IMG/VR virus record: IMGVR_UViG_637000261_000005
Origin: a virus
Taxonomy: Duplodnaviria > Heunggongvirae > Uroviricota > Caudoviricetes
Strand: one strand, 5' to 3'
DNA length: 33,575 nucleotides
Shown here: in pieces, positions 18,343 to 28,189 of the stretch
Numbering within the stretch: the first letter of the stretch is position 1
Layout of the letters: the number at the start of each line of letters is the position of its first letter
Position numbers and translations under genes: made by a program
The notes under the pieces: model-generated
What the model saw: the letters and a program-made list of their open reading frames with translations, nothing else
The model's database searches: none
Told to the model about the DNA's origin: nothing

Positions 18343-18345
18343 GAT

Positions 18346-18696
18346 TTACTCCCTCAGCGTGATGGTTAATTCAACATTCTGCATGGTCTGCATGACAGTG
18401 CCCGACAGCGTCACCCCGGCGCGGCCTCCTGCCTTCCAGACAACGTCGATAGCGTCCAGGGCAATGCGGGGTTCCCATCGTGTCAGCGCAATCACGGCAG
18501 CACTCATGCATTGCAGACGCGTGGTGTTATTCATGGGTTCGTCAATCAAATCAGGCACAAGGCTGCCATATTCCCGTCGCATAACCCGGCTTGCCAGCGG
18601 GGTGGTCAGGATGTCCCTGACTGACTGTTTCAGGTGCTCCATATCGTTCAGGTTTCCCGTTCCGTCCGGGTTCATTCCTGTGTAGCGGGTTGTCAC
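18346..18696 (-). CDS. W: Baseplate wedge protein (P2 gpW-like, gp25/lysozyme-like fold)
   Basis: MTTRYTGMNPDGTGNLNDMEHLKQSVRDILTTPLASRVMRREYGS… parallels P2 W. Confidence 0.85.
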   Translation of the reverse strand: MTTRYTGMNPDGTGNLNDMEHLKQSVRDILTTPLASRVMRREYGSLVPDLIDEPMNNTTRLQCMSAAVIALTRWEPRIALDAIDVVWKAGGRAGVTLSGTVMQTMQNVELTITLRE

Positions 18697-19274
18697 TGCG
18701 GGCCTCCTGTCGAATCGCTGCCACCTTTAACGCCACCGTGTTTATGCGTATGCACTGTGATGCCGTTTGAGGTGAAATTGCCGCCGCTGTGCGTGATATT
18801 GCCGCTCATCTTTCCCCCTTTTGTGACGTCAAGCGTCGCCGTTCTCAGAAGGTCTGTGCATTCCACGACGGGCGTATCCAGTGTCACGCTGACGGATGCC
18901 TGCAGGGTGGCTGTTTTCATGCCGCTGGCGCTCAGTGCGCCTGCGTCCGCGTCGTAGCGGAACACCGCGCCATCCGGCGCGCTGACCACGATTTCTTTCA
19001 GGCTTTTGCCGGGGGCCGGAATGGCATCACTCCACAGGCTGCCAATTATCATGGCGGTTTCCGGGTTGCCGCCAATGCAGGCAATTACCACCTGTTCGCC
19101 TGGTGATGGCGGCAGCCACACATTGAAGGCTCCCGCGCGAGAGGTGTTCCAGCGCAGCCAACCTGTTTCCAGTTCGCCGCTGCGAACGCGCACGCGCCAG
19201 GACTTCTCATCAACTTCAGAGATGATCCCGGTGCGGATGATATTGCTCAGTAGCCGCATGAGTTCTGCGCTCAC
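18693..19274 (-). CDS. V: Baseplate spike/hub protein (P2 gpV-like)
   Basis: …IRTGIISEVD…TGWLRW…GGNITHSGGNFTSNGITVHTHKHGGVKGGSDSTGGP parallels P2 V. Confidence 0.85.
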   Translation of the reverse strand: MSAELMRLLSNIIRTGIISEVDEKSWRVRVRSGELETGWLRWNTSRAGAFNVWLPPSPGEQVVIACIGGNPETAMIIGSLWSDAIPAPGKSLKEIVVSAPDGAVFRYDADAGALSASGMKTATLQASVSVTLDTPVVECTDLLRTATLDVTKGGKMSGNITHSGGNFTSNGITVHTHKHGGVKGGSDSTGGPQ

Positions 19275-19915
19275 CGTACAGCCTCCGCAATCCGGCCCAG
19301 CACCGTGTTATAAATCAGGCGCTCATCTGCCTGGCTGATACCCAGCAGCTCACGTACCGGGTAATCGGTGAAAATGCCCGGCGCAACCTGATCGCGCTCA
19401 CCGAACTGATGAACGCGTGCAATACGTGCGGCCACGCCGCTGTAACCCACCGTCACACCGGAAGCATCTGCACGGGCTTTCAGGTAGCGGGCGGTGCGCA
19501 GTTTTACGAACATGGGGACGCGCTTTGTGCTGTCCTGGTTGATGCGCCGGGTGCGTATTTCCAGAAAGCGGTCGATGTCATCCCGGTAAAACGTGCGGAT
19601 GCTGTTTTTATCCTCATCCCACCCGGTGATGGTTCGCCCGTATTTCCCCGTGTCGTGATGCCAGTTTTTCAGCGTGCGTGCTTCGTTATTCCAGATAAAG
19701 CGAATGCGCTCCTGTATCCGGGTTACGTGGCGTCTGCGTGGTGTCCATGCGGTCCCGTCCGGCGCTTTCTGTGGCCGGATACGTGCCTGCTGGGCGCGGC
19801 GTAAATCCTGTGCCAGCTTTCTGGCGATGTTATTGATGGCCTGCTGATTCAGGCTGTCGCGGATGGCCTCAAAGGTTTCATCCACGCGAGTGAATGCCTT
19901 ATCCATCGCTTTCAC
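19271..19915 (-). CDS. Virion morphogenesis / tail completion protein (gpS-like)
   Basis: 214 aa in the S position between R and V; the assignment rests on position and weak family resemblance. Confidence 0.55.
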   Translation of the reverse strand: MKAMDKAFTRVDETFEAIRDSLNQQAINNIARKLAQDLRRAQQARIRPQKAPDGTAWTPRRRHVTRIQERIRFIWNNEARTLKNWHHDTGKYGRTITGWDEDKNSIRTFYRDDIDRFLEIRTRRINQDSTKRVPMFVKLRTARYLKARADASGVTVGYSGVAARIARVHQFGERDQVAPGIFTDYPVRELLGISQADERLIYNTVLGRIAEAVR

Positions 19916-20366
19916 CCCACGTCACATCCTGGAATACATGCGACCAGTCGCCTTCGGAAGATGGCAGGCGGGGTTTTGGCTCCAGCAGGTGTTCTGCCTG
20001 CGGTGTGCCCTGACTGCTGCGCGTGATGCGAACGCGTTCCCGCAGGGGGAGCGTAAACAGGAGATCGGCGCTGTCATCGTCATTGATAACGGCGGAAAAT
20101 TTGATGTCCTGATTACGCTCAGGGTTGAGCAACAACTGTGGCTGATTTTCGGATAACCACGCCAGCAGCGGCAGCGTGAGGTCGTCCAGCTCCCCGGCGT
20201 AATCCATGACAAACATCACCATCTGATAGCGGTAAACAAACGATGGGGTTTCTCCGGTCGTTTCAATGTTGCCGCTCTCCACGAAAATGGTGAATTTTTC
20301 CGGGTTAGCCTGACACCATCGGCATGAACGGGTCATGGCTTCACGCAGGGAATCAGTTTTCAGCAT
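19899..20366 (-). CDS. R: Tail completion protein (P2 gpR-like)
   Basis: MLKTDSLREAMT… parallels the P2 R N-terminus MLKPDSLRRALT…. Confidence 0.8.
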   Translation of the reverse strand: MLKTDSLREAMTRSCRWCQANPEKFTIFVESGNIETTGETPSFVYRYQMVMFVMDYAGELDDLTLPLLAWLSENQPQLLLNPERNQDIKFSAVINDDDSADLLFTLPLRERVRITRSSQGTPQAEHLLEPKPRLPSSEGDWSHVFQDVTWGESDG

Positions 20367-20643
20367 GGTTGTTATCCTCGTTGTTCAGTCGTTGCAGCCT
20401 GCGCTGTTCCAGTAATTCAATGGCCCGTTTATCCGCGTTACAGGTTTCCAGTGCATCCAGAAGGCGGTCGCCCCATATACCGAGATTTCCCCATGTGGGA
20501 GTGTCAGGGAAGGGGGGAGGCGTTACCGGTATGGTCAGCGTCTGCGGTATAAGCCGGACTGACGGCGCTGGCAGTGGCGCGTTCTGCGTGCCTGCGCAGC
20601 CTGTCAGTAAAACGAGCGTCAGGCAAAGCGTGGGCGCATTCAT
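20353..20643 (-). CDS. o-spanin (Rz1-like outer-membrane lipoprotein) in a frame overlapping Rz
   Basis: MNAPTLCLTLVLLTGCAGTQ… has a lipobox LTGC followed by Pro-rich sequence. It starts inside the Rz gene and extends past its end. Confidence 0.6.
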   Translation of the reverse strand: MNAPTLCLTLVLLTGCAGTQNAPLPAPSVRLIPQTLTIPVTPPPFPDTPTWGNLGIWGDRLLDALETCNADKRAIELLEQRRLQRLNNEDNNHAEN

Positions 20644-20911
20644 CTTTTGCAATATCGTTGCGTAGCTGTTCACGTCTTACCTCTCCGTCCTGATTGCGTT
20701 GCTGATTTTCCACGCGGAGTTGCGCCAGCACCTGCTGCATATCCTGTACCCCGGCGCTGATGATATTCAGGGTGTCGGCGGTACTTTTCAGGGTGCTGGC
20801 CTGCGCTTCGTTTCTGGCGTTCTCCCGGCCCAGCGACCACGACAGACGCATGGATGTTCCCCATCCGGCAGTCAGAAGGAAAGCGACGCCAAGCGTGGGC
20901 CAGAGCTTCAT
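20504..20911 (-). CDS. i-spanin (Rz-like)
   Basis: MKLWPTLGVAFLLTAGWG… is an N-terminal TM followed by coiled-coil. The start ATG overlaps the endolysin stop (ATGA). Confidence 0.65.
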   Translation of the reverse strand: MKLWPTLGVAFLLTAGWGTSMRLSWSLGRENARNEAQASTLKSTADTLNIISAGVQDMQQVLAQLRVENQQRNQDGEVRREQLRNDIAKDECAHALPDARFTDRLRRHAERATASAVSPAYTADADHTGNASPLP

Positions 20912-21300
20912 GCCGGATAGGCTCCGTGTGGTAACTGAAAATGCGGTCCGTCTTTCAGGGTCTTCCAGTCGCCGCCCCATTCCACCGGAATATTCAGTTC
21001 CCGGCTGGCCTGTCTGAATGCTGCTGCGATTTTTTCGTACAGCGGCCATTCCCATGACATCTGGCTGCCGATATAAGCCACAACATCCACGGCATGCCCC
21101 GTAAGGTGGCGGCTGTTCATGGTCTGGCTCTTACCCGTGGCCACCAGTTGCTTCTGGCGGTAACGGCTGCGCAACCCTTCGGTGATACCAAAATCCACTT
21201 CCGAGATTTCCAGTGCCCGTCGGGTCACTTTCACCAGATCAGGATTTACACCCTGCAAATTCTTTTCGCTCCGGCTGCTGAATTTAAATGTGTTGCTCAT
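20908..21300 (-). CDS. Endolysin, peptidase M15 (L-alanyl-D-glutamate endopeptidase) family
   Basis: 130 aa with …SRHLTGHAVDVVAY…GGDWKTL…PHFQL (an H..D…H zinc-peptidase pattern). It follows the holin. It is not the P2 K-type lysozyme. Confidence 0.8.
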   Translation of the reverse strand: MSNTFKFSSRSEKNLQGVNPDLVKVTRRALEISEVDFGITEGLRSRYRQKQLVATGKSQTMNSRHLTGHAVDVVAYIGSQMSWEWPLYEKIAAAFRQASRELNIPVEWGGDWKTLKDGPHFQLPHGAYPA

Positions 21301-21620
21301 TCGTCCTTCTCCTTCACCCTGCGATTAAAGGCCGCAATAACCTTGTCGCGTGCTTTCTCTGCACCCATAAAACCGATTGATGCGCCGATAAACGTCACGG
21401 CATCTTCAGGAAACCCGAAGAAGCGCAACGACCCGGCCACGGCCATGGCAAGAACGCCGCACGCCAGCGATCCCGTTACGGTCTGAACCAGTGTTCGTCC
21501 GTCATAAAGGCTCATCAGCGCGGAAATGCTGACCGCCGCGCCTACTGCATACACCGTTGGCAGGTGGTCAAAGAGCCACGCAATAACCTGCTCTGTGATC
21601 CCTGTTTGAATGGTGCTCAC
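21297..21620 (-). CDS. Holin (about 108 aa, two to three TM helices)
   Basis: (M)STIQTGITEQVIAWLFDHLPTVYAVGAAVSISALMSL…GVLAMAVAGSLRFFG…ASIGFMGAEKARDKVIAAFNRRVKEKDE has a hydrophobic core and a charged C-terminus. Likely GTG start with RBS GGGGGAG. Its stop overlaps the endolysin start. Confidence 0.6.
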   Translation of the reverse strand: MSTIQTGITEQVIAWLFDHLPTVYAVGAAVSISALMSLYDGRTLVQTVTGSLACGVLAMAVAGSLRFFGFPEDAVTFIGASIGFMGAEKARDKVIAAFNRRVKEKDE

Positions 21621-21622
21621 TG

Positions 21623-21823
21623 CTACTCCCCCCACAACTGAATCATTTCTCGTTTCTTCTTCTCCGGCTCCGGCATCTCCACTTCCTGCCCGGCGTCCAG
21701 AAATACCTGCTGACAGAGTCCGGGGTTGGCATCCAGCACCTTTTCGGTGACGCCCTGCGTCGTGCCGTAGTACCGGAAACAGAGCGAATCCACGGTGTCG
21801 CCTTCCAGTGCCTTCACTTTCAT
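21623..21823 (-). CDS. X: Tail protein X (P2 gpX-like, LysM-type)
   Basis: MKVKALEGDTVDSLCFRYYGTTQGVTEKVLDANPGL… Its start overlaps the L stop. Confidence 0.75.
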   Translation of the reverse strand: MKVKALEGDTVDSLCFRYYGTTQGVTEKVLDANPGLCQQVFLDAGQEVEMPEPEKKKREMIQLWGE

Positions 21824-22326
21824 CAGCACAACTCCGCAAAGATTCGCGGGCGGCACAGAATGTCAGAGATGGCCCAGCTCACATCACGCCACAAATCCGA
21901 TGTCTGTATATCCAGAGCGTCTGCCCGGCGGTCGCCCTTGTCCGTAGTGTCTGCATCACGATAACGCTCCAGAATCAGGGCGCGCGTGGCGGTATAAACA
22001 GCATTGCGCCAGTGCCAGAGATTGACGCTTTCTCCGTTAATTACGGGTGCCGGAACATCGGCCAGCGTCTGATGGCCAGCTGCCTGCTGTTCCTGCTGCC
22101 ATGCTTCCAGCTCGCGGGTAACGTGTGCCACAGCCCCGGTGGCAGTATGCAGCAGGCGGGAGGTGGTCACGCGCCCCGGCAGTCGTACCGCCAGACGCAG
22201 CTCGCGCAGCACAATATCCGGCCAGAATGCACCCGCTGAAATGCGGGTATCGCCATCATCGGTATCGGTGATGTCGTCCTCTGCGGGTCCGGGTTCAGTT
22301 CTGGCAACTATAGTCATGGGGTTCAC
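21823..22326 (-). CDS. L: Head completion/stabilisation protein (P2 gpL-like)
   Basis: 167 aa in the conserved position after M. Confidence 0.85.
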   Translation of the reverse strand: MNPMTIVARTEPGPAEDDITDTDDGDTRISAGAFWPDIVLRELRLAVRLPGRVTTSRLLHTATGAVAHVTRELEAWQQEQQAAGHQTLADVPAPVINGESVNLWHWRNAVYTATRALILERYRDADTTDKGDRRADALDIQTSDLWRDVSWAISDILCRPRIFAELC

Positions 22327-22482
22327 TCCTGAAAAAAAATCGGCGGTGGGTGCGCGGTGTAAACGGTCACGGAGTCAAACTGGAACACCGCGCACGCCGC
22401 CCGCTGACGGGTCAGTCGTTAACCGCGCTTCGCCTTCTGCGTCGCGGTGGTTTTTCGTGTTGCAGGCTTCCGCGTTGTCTTT

Positions 22483-23229
22483 TTACTTTTGCTGCTTTTT
22501 GCTGCTTTCGTCCTGCGCCTGCTGTGCGCTGGCGTCTTCTGGTTCGGCTGCGGAATCGGCTTTTTTCAGGGCGCGGGAAAGGGTTGCAATCTCGCGTTTC
22601 ACACCTGCGTTCGGGTTCAGGTGCATTGCTTCGCGCAGCAGCTTCAGTGACAGGGCCATGCTGTCCGCATCACTCAGGCCACGGCGGGCAAAGGCGCACG
22701 CTTTGCATAATTTGGCGCGCACTTCGTCCGGCATGTCCTGGTCGGTGACAATCTCCCGGAGGGTGTCCAGTGGTTCGATAAAGGCGGACAAATCCGCGTC
22801 GGCATCCGTCCCGGCCTGCGTCAGTACCGGATTACAGATTTCTTCGGTCAGTACCGTGGCAGCAGTACGGCCAAAGTTATCCGGCATGATGAGGTTGTGA
22901 CGGACTACATACGCGCCGATACGCAGCGCAAGCGGAAGATCGCCACAGTCAATCGCCCACACCATCAGCGTGGCAATCACTTCATCCTGCTGCCCGCCGT
23001 CAGCCTCCAGCGTTCCCTCAATCCAGCCGGAAAAATCCGGCAACAACTCTTTTTTGATGGCGGCTTTCGCGCTTCTGGCCTGTACGCCCTTAAGCCGGGC
23101 CTGTGCCAGACGCAGACGATACAGCACCTCTTCATGCGCGGTACGCGCGGCGTGGTCCACGCCTTCATTCGCCCGGCCTGCGCGCTGTGCCATCACGTTC
23201 TGCCAGTGTTGTTGTGCAGGAGTAATCAT
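22483..23229 (-). CDS. M: Terminase small (endonuclease) subunit (P2 gpM-like)
   Basis: 248 aa in the conserved position between N and L. Confidence 0.85.
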   Translation of the reverse strand: MITPAQQHWQNVMAQRAGRANEGVDHAARTAHEEVLYRLRLAQARLKGVQARSAKAAIKKELLPDFSGWIEGTLEADGGQQDEVIATLMVWAIDCGDLPLALRIGAYVVRHNLIMPDNFGRTAATVLTEEICNPVLTQAGTDADADLSAFIEPLDTLREIVTDQDMPDEVRAKLCKACAFARRGLSDADSMALSLKLLREAMHLNPNAGVKREIATLSRALKKADSAAEPEDASAQQAQDESSKKQQK

Positions 23230-23274
23230 TTTTGCTCTCCGTTACAGGCGGGCATGATGCCCGCCGTGAGTTGA

Positions 23275-24326
23275 TTAGCTGTCGGCGAACTTCAGGCCAG
23301 TAACCATCGCGCACTTGCCATAGTCTTCAACGACATAAGCGTCATTGATGGACTGGTAGGTGGCGATGCGGTTGTATTCCGGCTCGTCTTTCATCAGGCG
23401 ACGCATTGAACCTTTCTGCCAGTAAATCGACAGGTTGTTGAACGAGGTGATCAGCATCGTTGCATCCGGGAAGAACGGCGCAAGGAACACGCCCAGCCCG
23501 CCAATGGTGCGCGATGACAGGATGAGCTGCCCGGCGAGTAATTCCGCATTGGGATTCTGGCCGCTGATGCTGTTCAGCACGGGCAGACGCAGCGAGTTAA
23601 ACAGGTTGCGCCCCATAATCACCACGAGGTCGTCAGCTTCCTTGTGCCATTCATCCAGCAGGGATGAACGCGCGTCCTGTACCAGTGCATCAGCGTTCGC
23701 ATACTTACCCGCGTGCGCCACGGTGTTGTCCATGTTGCGGGAGGTCAGCGTCACGTCATTCATAACGCGTTCGCTGGCGTCGGTTCTGATGTGCTCCAGC
23801 CAGCCCACGTTAACGTCCTGAAGCAGCTTGTTGGTGCTGAAGTTGGACTCATCCGCGTGAGACGTGCCGTTGAAACCGATCATGATGCGGTCAAGCGCCA
23901 CCTGTCGGGCAATCTGTGCGCTGATGCGGGACTGAAAATCAGGGTGTGCCGACCAGGCATCAAGCTGCGGATACGAAATAAACGTGTCGTAGTTCACCTG
24001 TTCACACTGATATTTGCGGTTTTTCAGATCAACCACGTTATTCGGGTTACGGCGTTTTGTGCCGTCATAACTGGTATTCGTGCGCGCAATCGGTCCTGTG
24101 GTATCCAGGAGGATTTTTTCGCCTTTCTGGTCGGTCACGCCGATCACGTTATTTTTTTCGTAAATTCGGTACTTTCCTTTGAGGTGTTTTCAAAACGCTG
24201 CTGCACCGCGGGTTCCACGGTAAATCGCGACACCAGTGCAGATACCGGGATATTATTAAGCGACACCTGCTGCGCCATATAGCAACCCAGCTTGTTGCGG
24301 GTAATATCTGACATCACCAGATTCAT
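23275..24326 (-). pseudogene. N: Major capsid protein (P2 gpN-like) with a homopolymer frame break near codon 60
   Basis: Two overlapping ORFs (24144..24326 and 23275..24147) together resemble P2 N (…FTVEP…). The junction reads ACG AAAAAAA TAACGTGA (A7; plus strand T7 at about 24152-24158). With A8 it would read …FTKKNNVIGVTDQKGEKI… in frame. Confidence 0.8.
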
Positions 24327-24349
24327 AAAAAATTTGCTCCTTTGTCTAA

Positions 24350-25219
24350 TCAGAAGTCGGCCAGCTGGTCGGAGGCTGCGCCCGTTGCGGTGAAGCGGTT
24401 CTGCGGATCGCCGTCCTGCGTGCGCAGTTTTTCCTTCAGTGCTGCCAGCTCTGTGGTCAGTGACGTAATTTTCTGGCGGTCCTGCTGATGGCGGGTTTCC
24501 AGCACATTAAAACGGTCGATAATGTCGGCCTGTGACGTTGCGACGCCTTCCACCGCTTCCTGAATACGGGAAAAACTGGCGTCATCCGCTTTGCGGCCAC
24601 GGCCAATAATCCCCATTACGCGGTTAAACCACTGGGTGCCTTCTTCCTGGCGTTGTTCTGCCATTTCGATGATTTCAGACTCGATGGCTTCGGAGATAAG
24701 CGGCGCTTCACCCTGGATACTGTTAAACGTCATCACCGCCTGACGTTGCTGTGCCGTGAATTTCAGGCGCTCAGTGCCCAGGCTTGCCGGGGTGTCGGTC
24801 ATCGCCAGCCCGACCAGATAGGCGCGCCCGTTAACGGAGAACTGCGGGTGCAGTTCGATACTGGAATAGATTTTCTTGCCGTCCGCAACAAGCTGCTTCA
24901 TGCGCTCGGTCGGTTCGATTTCTGCATACAGCGCAGTACGTCCGGCCAGCGGACCTTCCGTAATCTCTTCCGTACTCAGTGCGGTGACATCGCCCATTGC
25001 GGAAAATTCGCTTGACGGGCATGGCGAGAGATAGTGCTCAACGTTCACGCGGGCAGCGTAAACATCCGGGTTGAAGTTCTCGGCGGCTTCACGCAGATGC
25101 ACCGGACTGATTTCACGGCCATCAACAGTTGATCCGGAGACAGCCACGCGAAACTTTTTGCGGGATGTCTTTTTTTCATTAGCCATAGTTTTTGCCCCTC
25201 TGACTGGTTCTTCAGTCAT
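24350..25219 (-). CDS. O: Capsid scaffolding protein (P2 gpO-like)
   Basis: 289 aa, divergent from P with a 121-bp intergenic region as in P2. Confidence 0.85.
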   Translation of the reverse strand: MTEEPVRGAKTMANEKKTSRKKFRVAVSGSTVDGREISPVHLREAAENFNPDVYAARVNVEHYLSPCPSSEFSAMGDVTALSTEEITEGPLAGRTALYAEIEPTERMKQLVADGKKIYSSIELHPQFSVNGRAYLVGLAMTDTPASLGTERLKFTAQQRQAVMTFNSIQGEAPLISEAIESEIIEMAEQRQEEGTQWFNRVMGIIGRGRKADDASFSRIQEAVEGVATSQADIIDRFNVLETRHQQDRQKITSLTTELAALKEKLRTQDGDPQNRFTATGAASDQLADF

Positions 25220-25340
25220 GATGGCAAAGCGTAACAGGCTGATACAAAGGGCTTTTGTTGTAAGAAAACGGCCAGAACAGAGGGTTAAGGAGAACAGTTT
25301 CGCGCGCGGGTAATCTTCCTGTAATTACTCAGGGGGAGCA

Positions 25341-27092
25341 ATGATTCAGGACGCTTTTGTGCGCCAGCGTGCGCGGCAACTTTACTGGCAGGGTTATCCG
25401 CCCGCAGAAATATCACGTCTGATGGGAATAAACCCGAACACGATTTATGCGTGGAAAAAACGTGACCAGTGGGATGAAACGCCACCCGGGCAGCGTGTCA
25501 CGCAGTCCATCGATGCGCGCCTCATCCAGCTTACTGAAAAACAGAATAAAACAGGCGGTGACTTTAAGGAAATAGACCTGCTGACCCGGCAGCTTAAAAA
25601 GCTGCATGATGGCCAGCCGGATGTGATGGCCGCAGGAAAGAAAGGCCGGGCGAAAAAACTCAAAAATCATTTCACGCCGGAACAGATTGCCGCACTGCGG
25701 GAAAAAATCATCAGCAGGCTGGAGTGGCATCAGCGGGGCTGGTTTGACTCCCTGACCCTTTGCAGGGAAGCCGGGATACGTAACAGGATGATCCTGAAAT
25801 CCCGACAGATTGGGGCGACCTGGTATTTTGCACAGGAAGCACTGCTGATGGCGCTGCGTGACGATGTGGCGCAACCTTACCAGCGTAACCAGATTTTTTT
25901 GTCTGCGTCGCGTCGTCAGGCGTTCCAGTTTAAAAGCATTATTCAGAAGGCCGCGGCTGAAGTTGATGTGGAGCTGAAAGGGGGCGATAAAATCATCCTC
26001 TCCAACGGCGCAGAGCTGCATTTTCTCGGCACTTCTGCTGCGTCGGCACAGTCCTATACGGGCAATTTTTATTTTGATGAATTTTTCTGGGTCAGTCGCT
26101 TTGCTGAACTGCGCAAGGTGGCTGGCGCTATGGCAACCCTCAGCGGACTGCGGCGCACCTACTTCTCCACGCCATCCACCGAAACGCACGAGGCATACGC
26201 CTACTGGAACGGCGACCGCTGGAACGAGAAAAAGGCCTCGCATAAACGCCAGCGTTTTTCTGTGGACTGGAAAACGCTGCATAACGGGCTTATCTGCCCT
26301 GACCGGACGTGGCGGCAAATTGTCACGCTGGAAGATGTGGTTAATCACGGCTGGAAACACACCGATATCGACGAAATTCGTGATGAAAACACCGAAGACG
26401 AGTTCCTCAATCTCTATATGTGTGAGTTTGTCCGCGAAGGGGAATCGGCATTTAACCTGAATATCCTGATTGGCTGCGGCGTTGACGGATACGACGACTG
26501 GAAAGACTGGAAACCTTTTGCTCCCCGCCCGATGGGGAATCGTCCGGTATGGATTGGGTATGACGCAAACGGCAGCAGTGGCAACGGCGACAGCGGCGCT
26601 GTGTCCGTGGTGGTTCCTCCGTCTGTTCCTGGTGGCCGTTTTCGAACGGTGGAGACGCGACGCGTTCAGGGGCTGGAGTTTGAAGAACAGGCCAGAGTCA
26701 TTGAAGAGTTCACGTGTCGCTACAACGTGGAACACATCGGCATTGATGTGACGGGCGGGAACGGGGAGGCTGTTTATCAGATAGTGAAACGGTTTTTCCC
26801 TGCCGCTATTCCGTACACCTTCACGCTGTCATCAAAACGGTCGCTGGTACTGAAAATGCTGCAAATAATGCGTGCCGGGCGGTGGGAATACGATCGCGCC
26901 GAACGCGAGCTGGTCGCGGCCTTTAACGCCGTGCGTAAGGTGAAAACACCGGGCGGCTTTATCACTTACGAAACGGACCGAGCGAGGGGGATCAGCCACG
27001 GCGACCTTGCGTGGGCAACCATGCTTGCTGTCATTAACGAACCGATTGGCGGCGAAGGAGAAAACGAGCGTTTCACGGTTATGGAGTTCTGA
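25341..27092 (+). CDS. P: Terminase large (ATPase) subunit (P2 gpP-like)
   Basis: 583 aa with P2 P-like sequence throughout. Confidence 0.9.
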   Translation: MIQDAFVRQRARQLYWQGYPPAEISRLMGINPNTIYAWKKRDQWDETPPGQRVTQSIDARLIQLTEKQNKTGGDFKEIDLLTRQLKKLHDGQPDVMAAGKKGRAKKLKNHFTPEQIAALREKIISRLEWHQRGWFDSLTLCREAGIRNRMILKSRQIGATWYFAQEALLMALRDDVAQPYQRNQIFLSASRRQAFQFKSIIQKAAAEVDVELKGGDKIILSNGAELHFLGTSAASAQSYTGNFYFDEFFWVSRFAELRKVAGAMATLSGLRRTYFSTPSTETHEAYAYWNGDRWNEKKASHKRQRFSVDWKTLHNGLICPDRTWRQIVTLEDVVNHGWKHTDIDEIRDENTEDEFLNLYMCEFVREGESAFNLNILIGCGVDGYDDWKDWKPFAPRPMGNRPVWIGYDANGSSGNGDSGAVSVVVPPSVPGGRFRTVETRRVQGLEFEEQARVIEEFTCRYNVEHIGIDVTGGNGEAVYQIVKRFFPAAIPYTFTLSSKRSLVLKMLQIMRAGRWEYDRAERELVAAFNAVRKVKTPGGFITYETDRARGISHGDLAWATMLAVINEPIGGEGENERFTVMEF

Positions 27093-28138
27093 TGAGCAGA
27101 AAAAATAAAAAAGTGCGCATGAGTTCACGCATTGATCTCGCTGATGCGCTCAGGAAAGAATCATCGCTCAGTGCATTCACATTTGATGGTCCTTATCGCC
27201 TGACCGGGCATGACCTGCTGGACAATATGTACTGTGCTGATAACGGGCGGTGGTATGAAACCCCGGTGGACTGGTACGGTCTGGCAAGAGCTGCCCGGCA
27301 AACGTCCTGGCATCAGTCTGCGCTTTATTTTAAGCGCAATGTATTGCTCGGTTGCTACATCCCGCACCCGCTGCTTTCCCGGCAGGATTTCTCGGCGCTG
27401 GCGCTGGACTGGTTTGTGTTCGGTAACGCATTCCTTGAGCTTCGAAGCAATATGCTCGGCGAACCGCTTAAATTACGGCACGCCCTGGCGAAATACATGC
27501 GACGCGGAAGCGATCTTGAATCATGGAGGTATGTGCAGGATGGCAAGGATGCGTTTCAGTTTCGCCCAGGCAAAGTGTGTCACCTGATGAATCCTGACAT
27601 TAACCAGGAAATCTACGGCATGCCGGAATATCTCGGCGCATTACTCTCGGCCAGCCTGTCTCATTCGGCGGACATGTTCAGAAAACTGTATTACGACAAC
27701 GGATCCCACGCCGGGTGCATCATCTACATCGGTGCCGCGCAGGTAAACCGCGAAAGCATGGACTCCCTGAAAGAAACGCTACAGGGTGCGCGTGGTGGTG
27801 GTGCGTTTAAAAACGTGCTCATTCATGCGCCCAACGGGGGCAAAGAGGGGGTGCAAATTTTGCCGTTCCAGCAGATCACCGCAAAGGATGAGTTCATGAA
27901 TGTTAAGGCGGCATCCCGTGATGATGTGCTGGCTGCGCACCGCGTTCCGCCGCAACTGATGGGGGCGATGCCGGGTGAAAAAAGTGCGTTTGGTGATGTG
28001 GAGAAGGCCGCGCGGGTTTACGCAATTAACGAGCTGATGCCCGTCATGGAGGCCATGAAGCACATCAATGACTGGCTTGGCGAAGAGGTGATCCGCTTTA
28101 ACCCTTACGCACTGTTAGACATCCAGCCCACATCCTGA
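27092..28138 (+). CDS. Q: Portal protein (P2 gpQ-like)
   Basis: 348 aa; its start overlaps the P stop. Confidence 0.9.
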   Translation: MSRKNKKVRMSSRIDLADALRKESSLSAFTFDGPYRLTGHDLLDNMYCADNGRWYETPVDWYGLARAARQTSWHQSALYFKRNVLLGCYIPHPLLSRQDFSALALDWFVFGNAFLELRSNMLGEPLKLRHALAKYMRRGSDLESWRYVQDGKDAFQFRPGKVCHLMNPDINQEIYGMPEYLGALLSASLSHSADMFRKLYYDNGSHAGCIIYIGAAQVNRESMDSLKETLQGARGGGAFKNVLIHAPNGGKEGVQILPFQQITAKDEFMNVKAASRDDVLAAHRVPPQLMGAMPGEKSAFGDVEKAARVYAINELMPVMEAMKHINDWLGEEVIRFNPYALLDIQPTS

Positions 28139-28163
28139 CGCGCTTCGCTTGTCTGCTGCTTCG

Positions 28164-28189
28164 CCGGGGCATAAAAAATTTATGCCCCG
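28164..28189. other. Stem-loop CCGGGGCATAAA-AAA-TTTATGCCCCG just after Q (possible terminator or cos-region element)
   Basis: Near-perfect 11-bp inverted repeat. The flanks are not U-rich, so its role as an intrinsic terminator is uncertain. Confidence 0.3.

Noticed and set aside
22139-22900. 253-aa plus-strand ORF antisense to M and L
   Set aside because: It is a shadow ORF across two supported late genes.
25220-25340. Search for Ogr-type TGT-N12-ACA late promoter dyads in the O/P divergent region and the FI/D spacer (6529-6685)
   Set aside because: I found no convincing match by eye, so I have not annotated late promoters. Position-weight scanning is needed.
25413-26735. 440-aa minus-strand ORF antisense to terminase P
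   Set aside because: It is completely contained within the well-supported P gene on the opposite strand.
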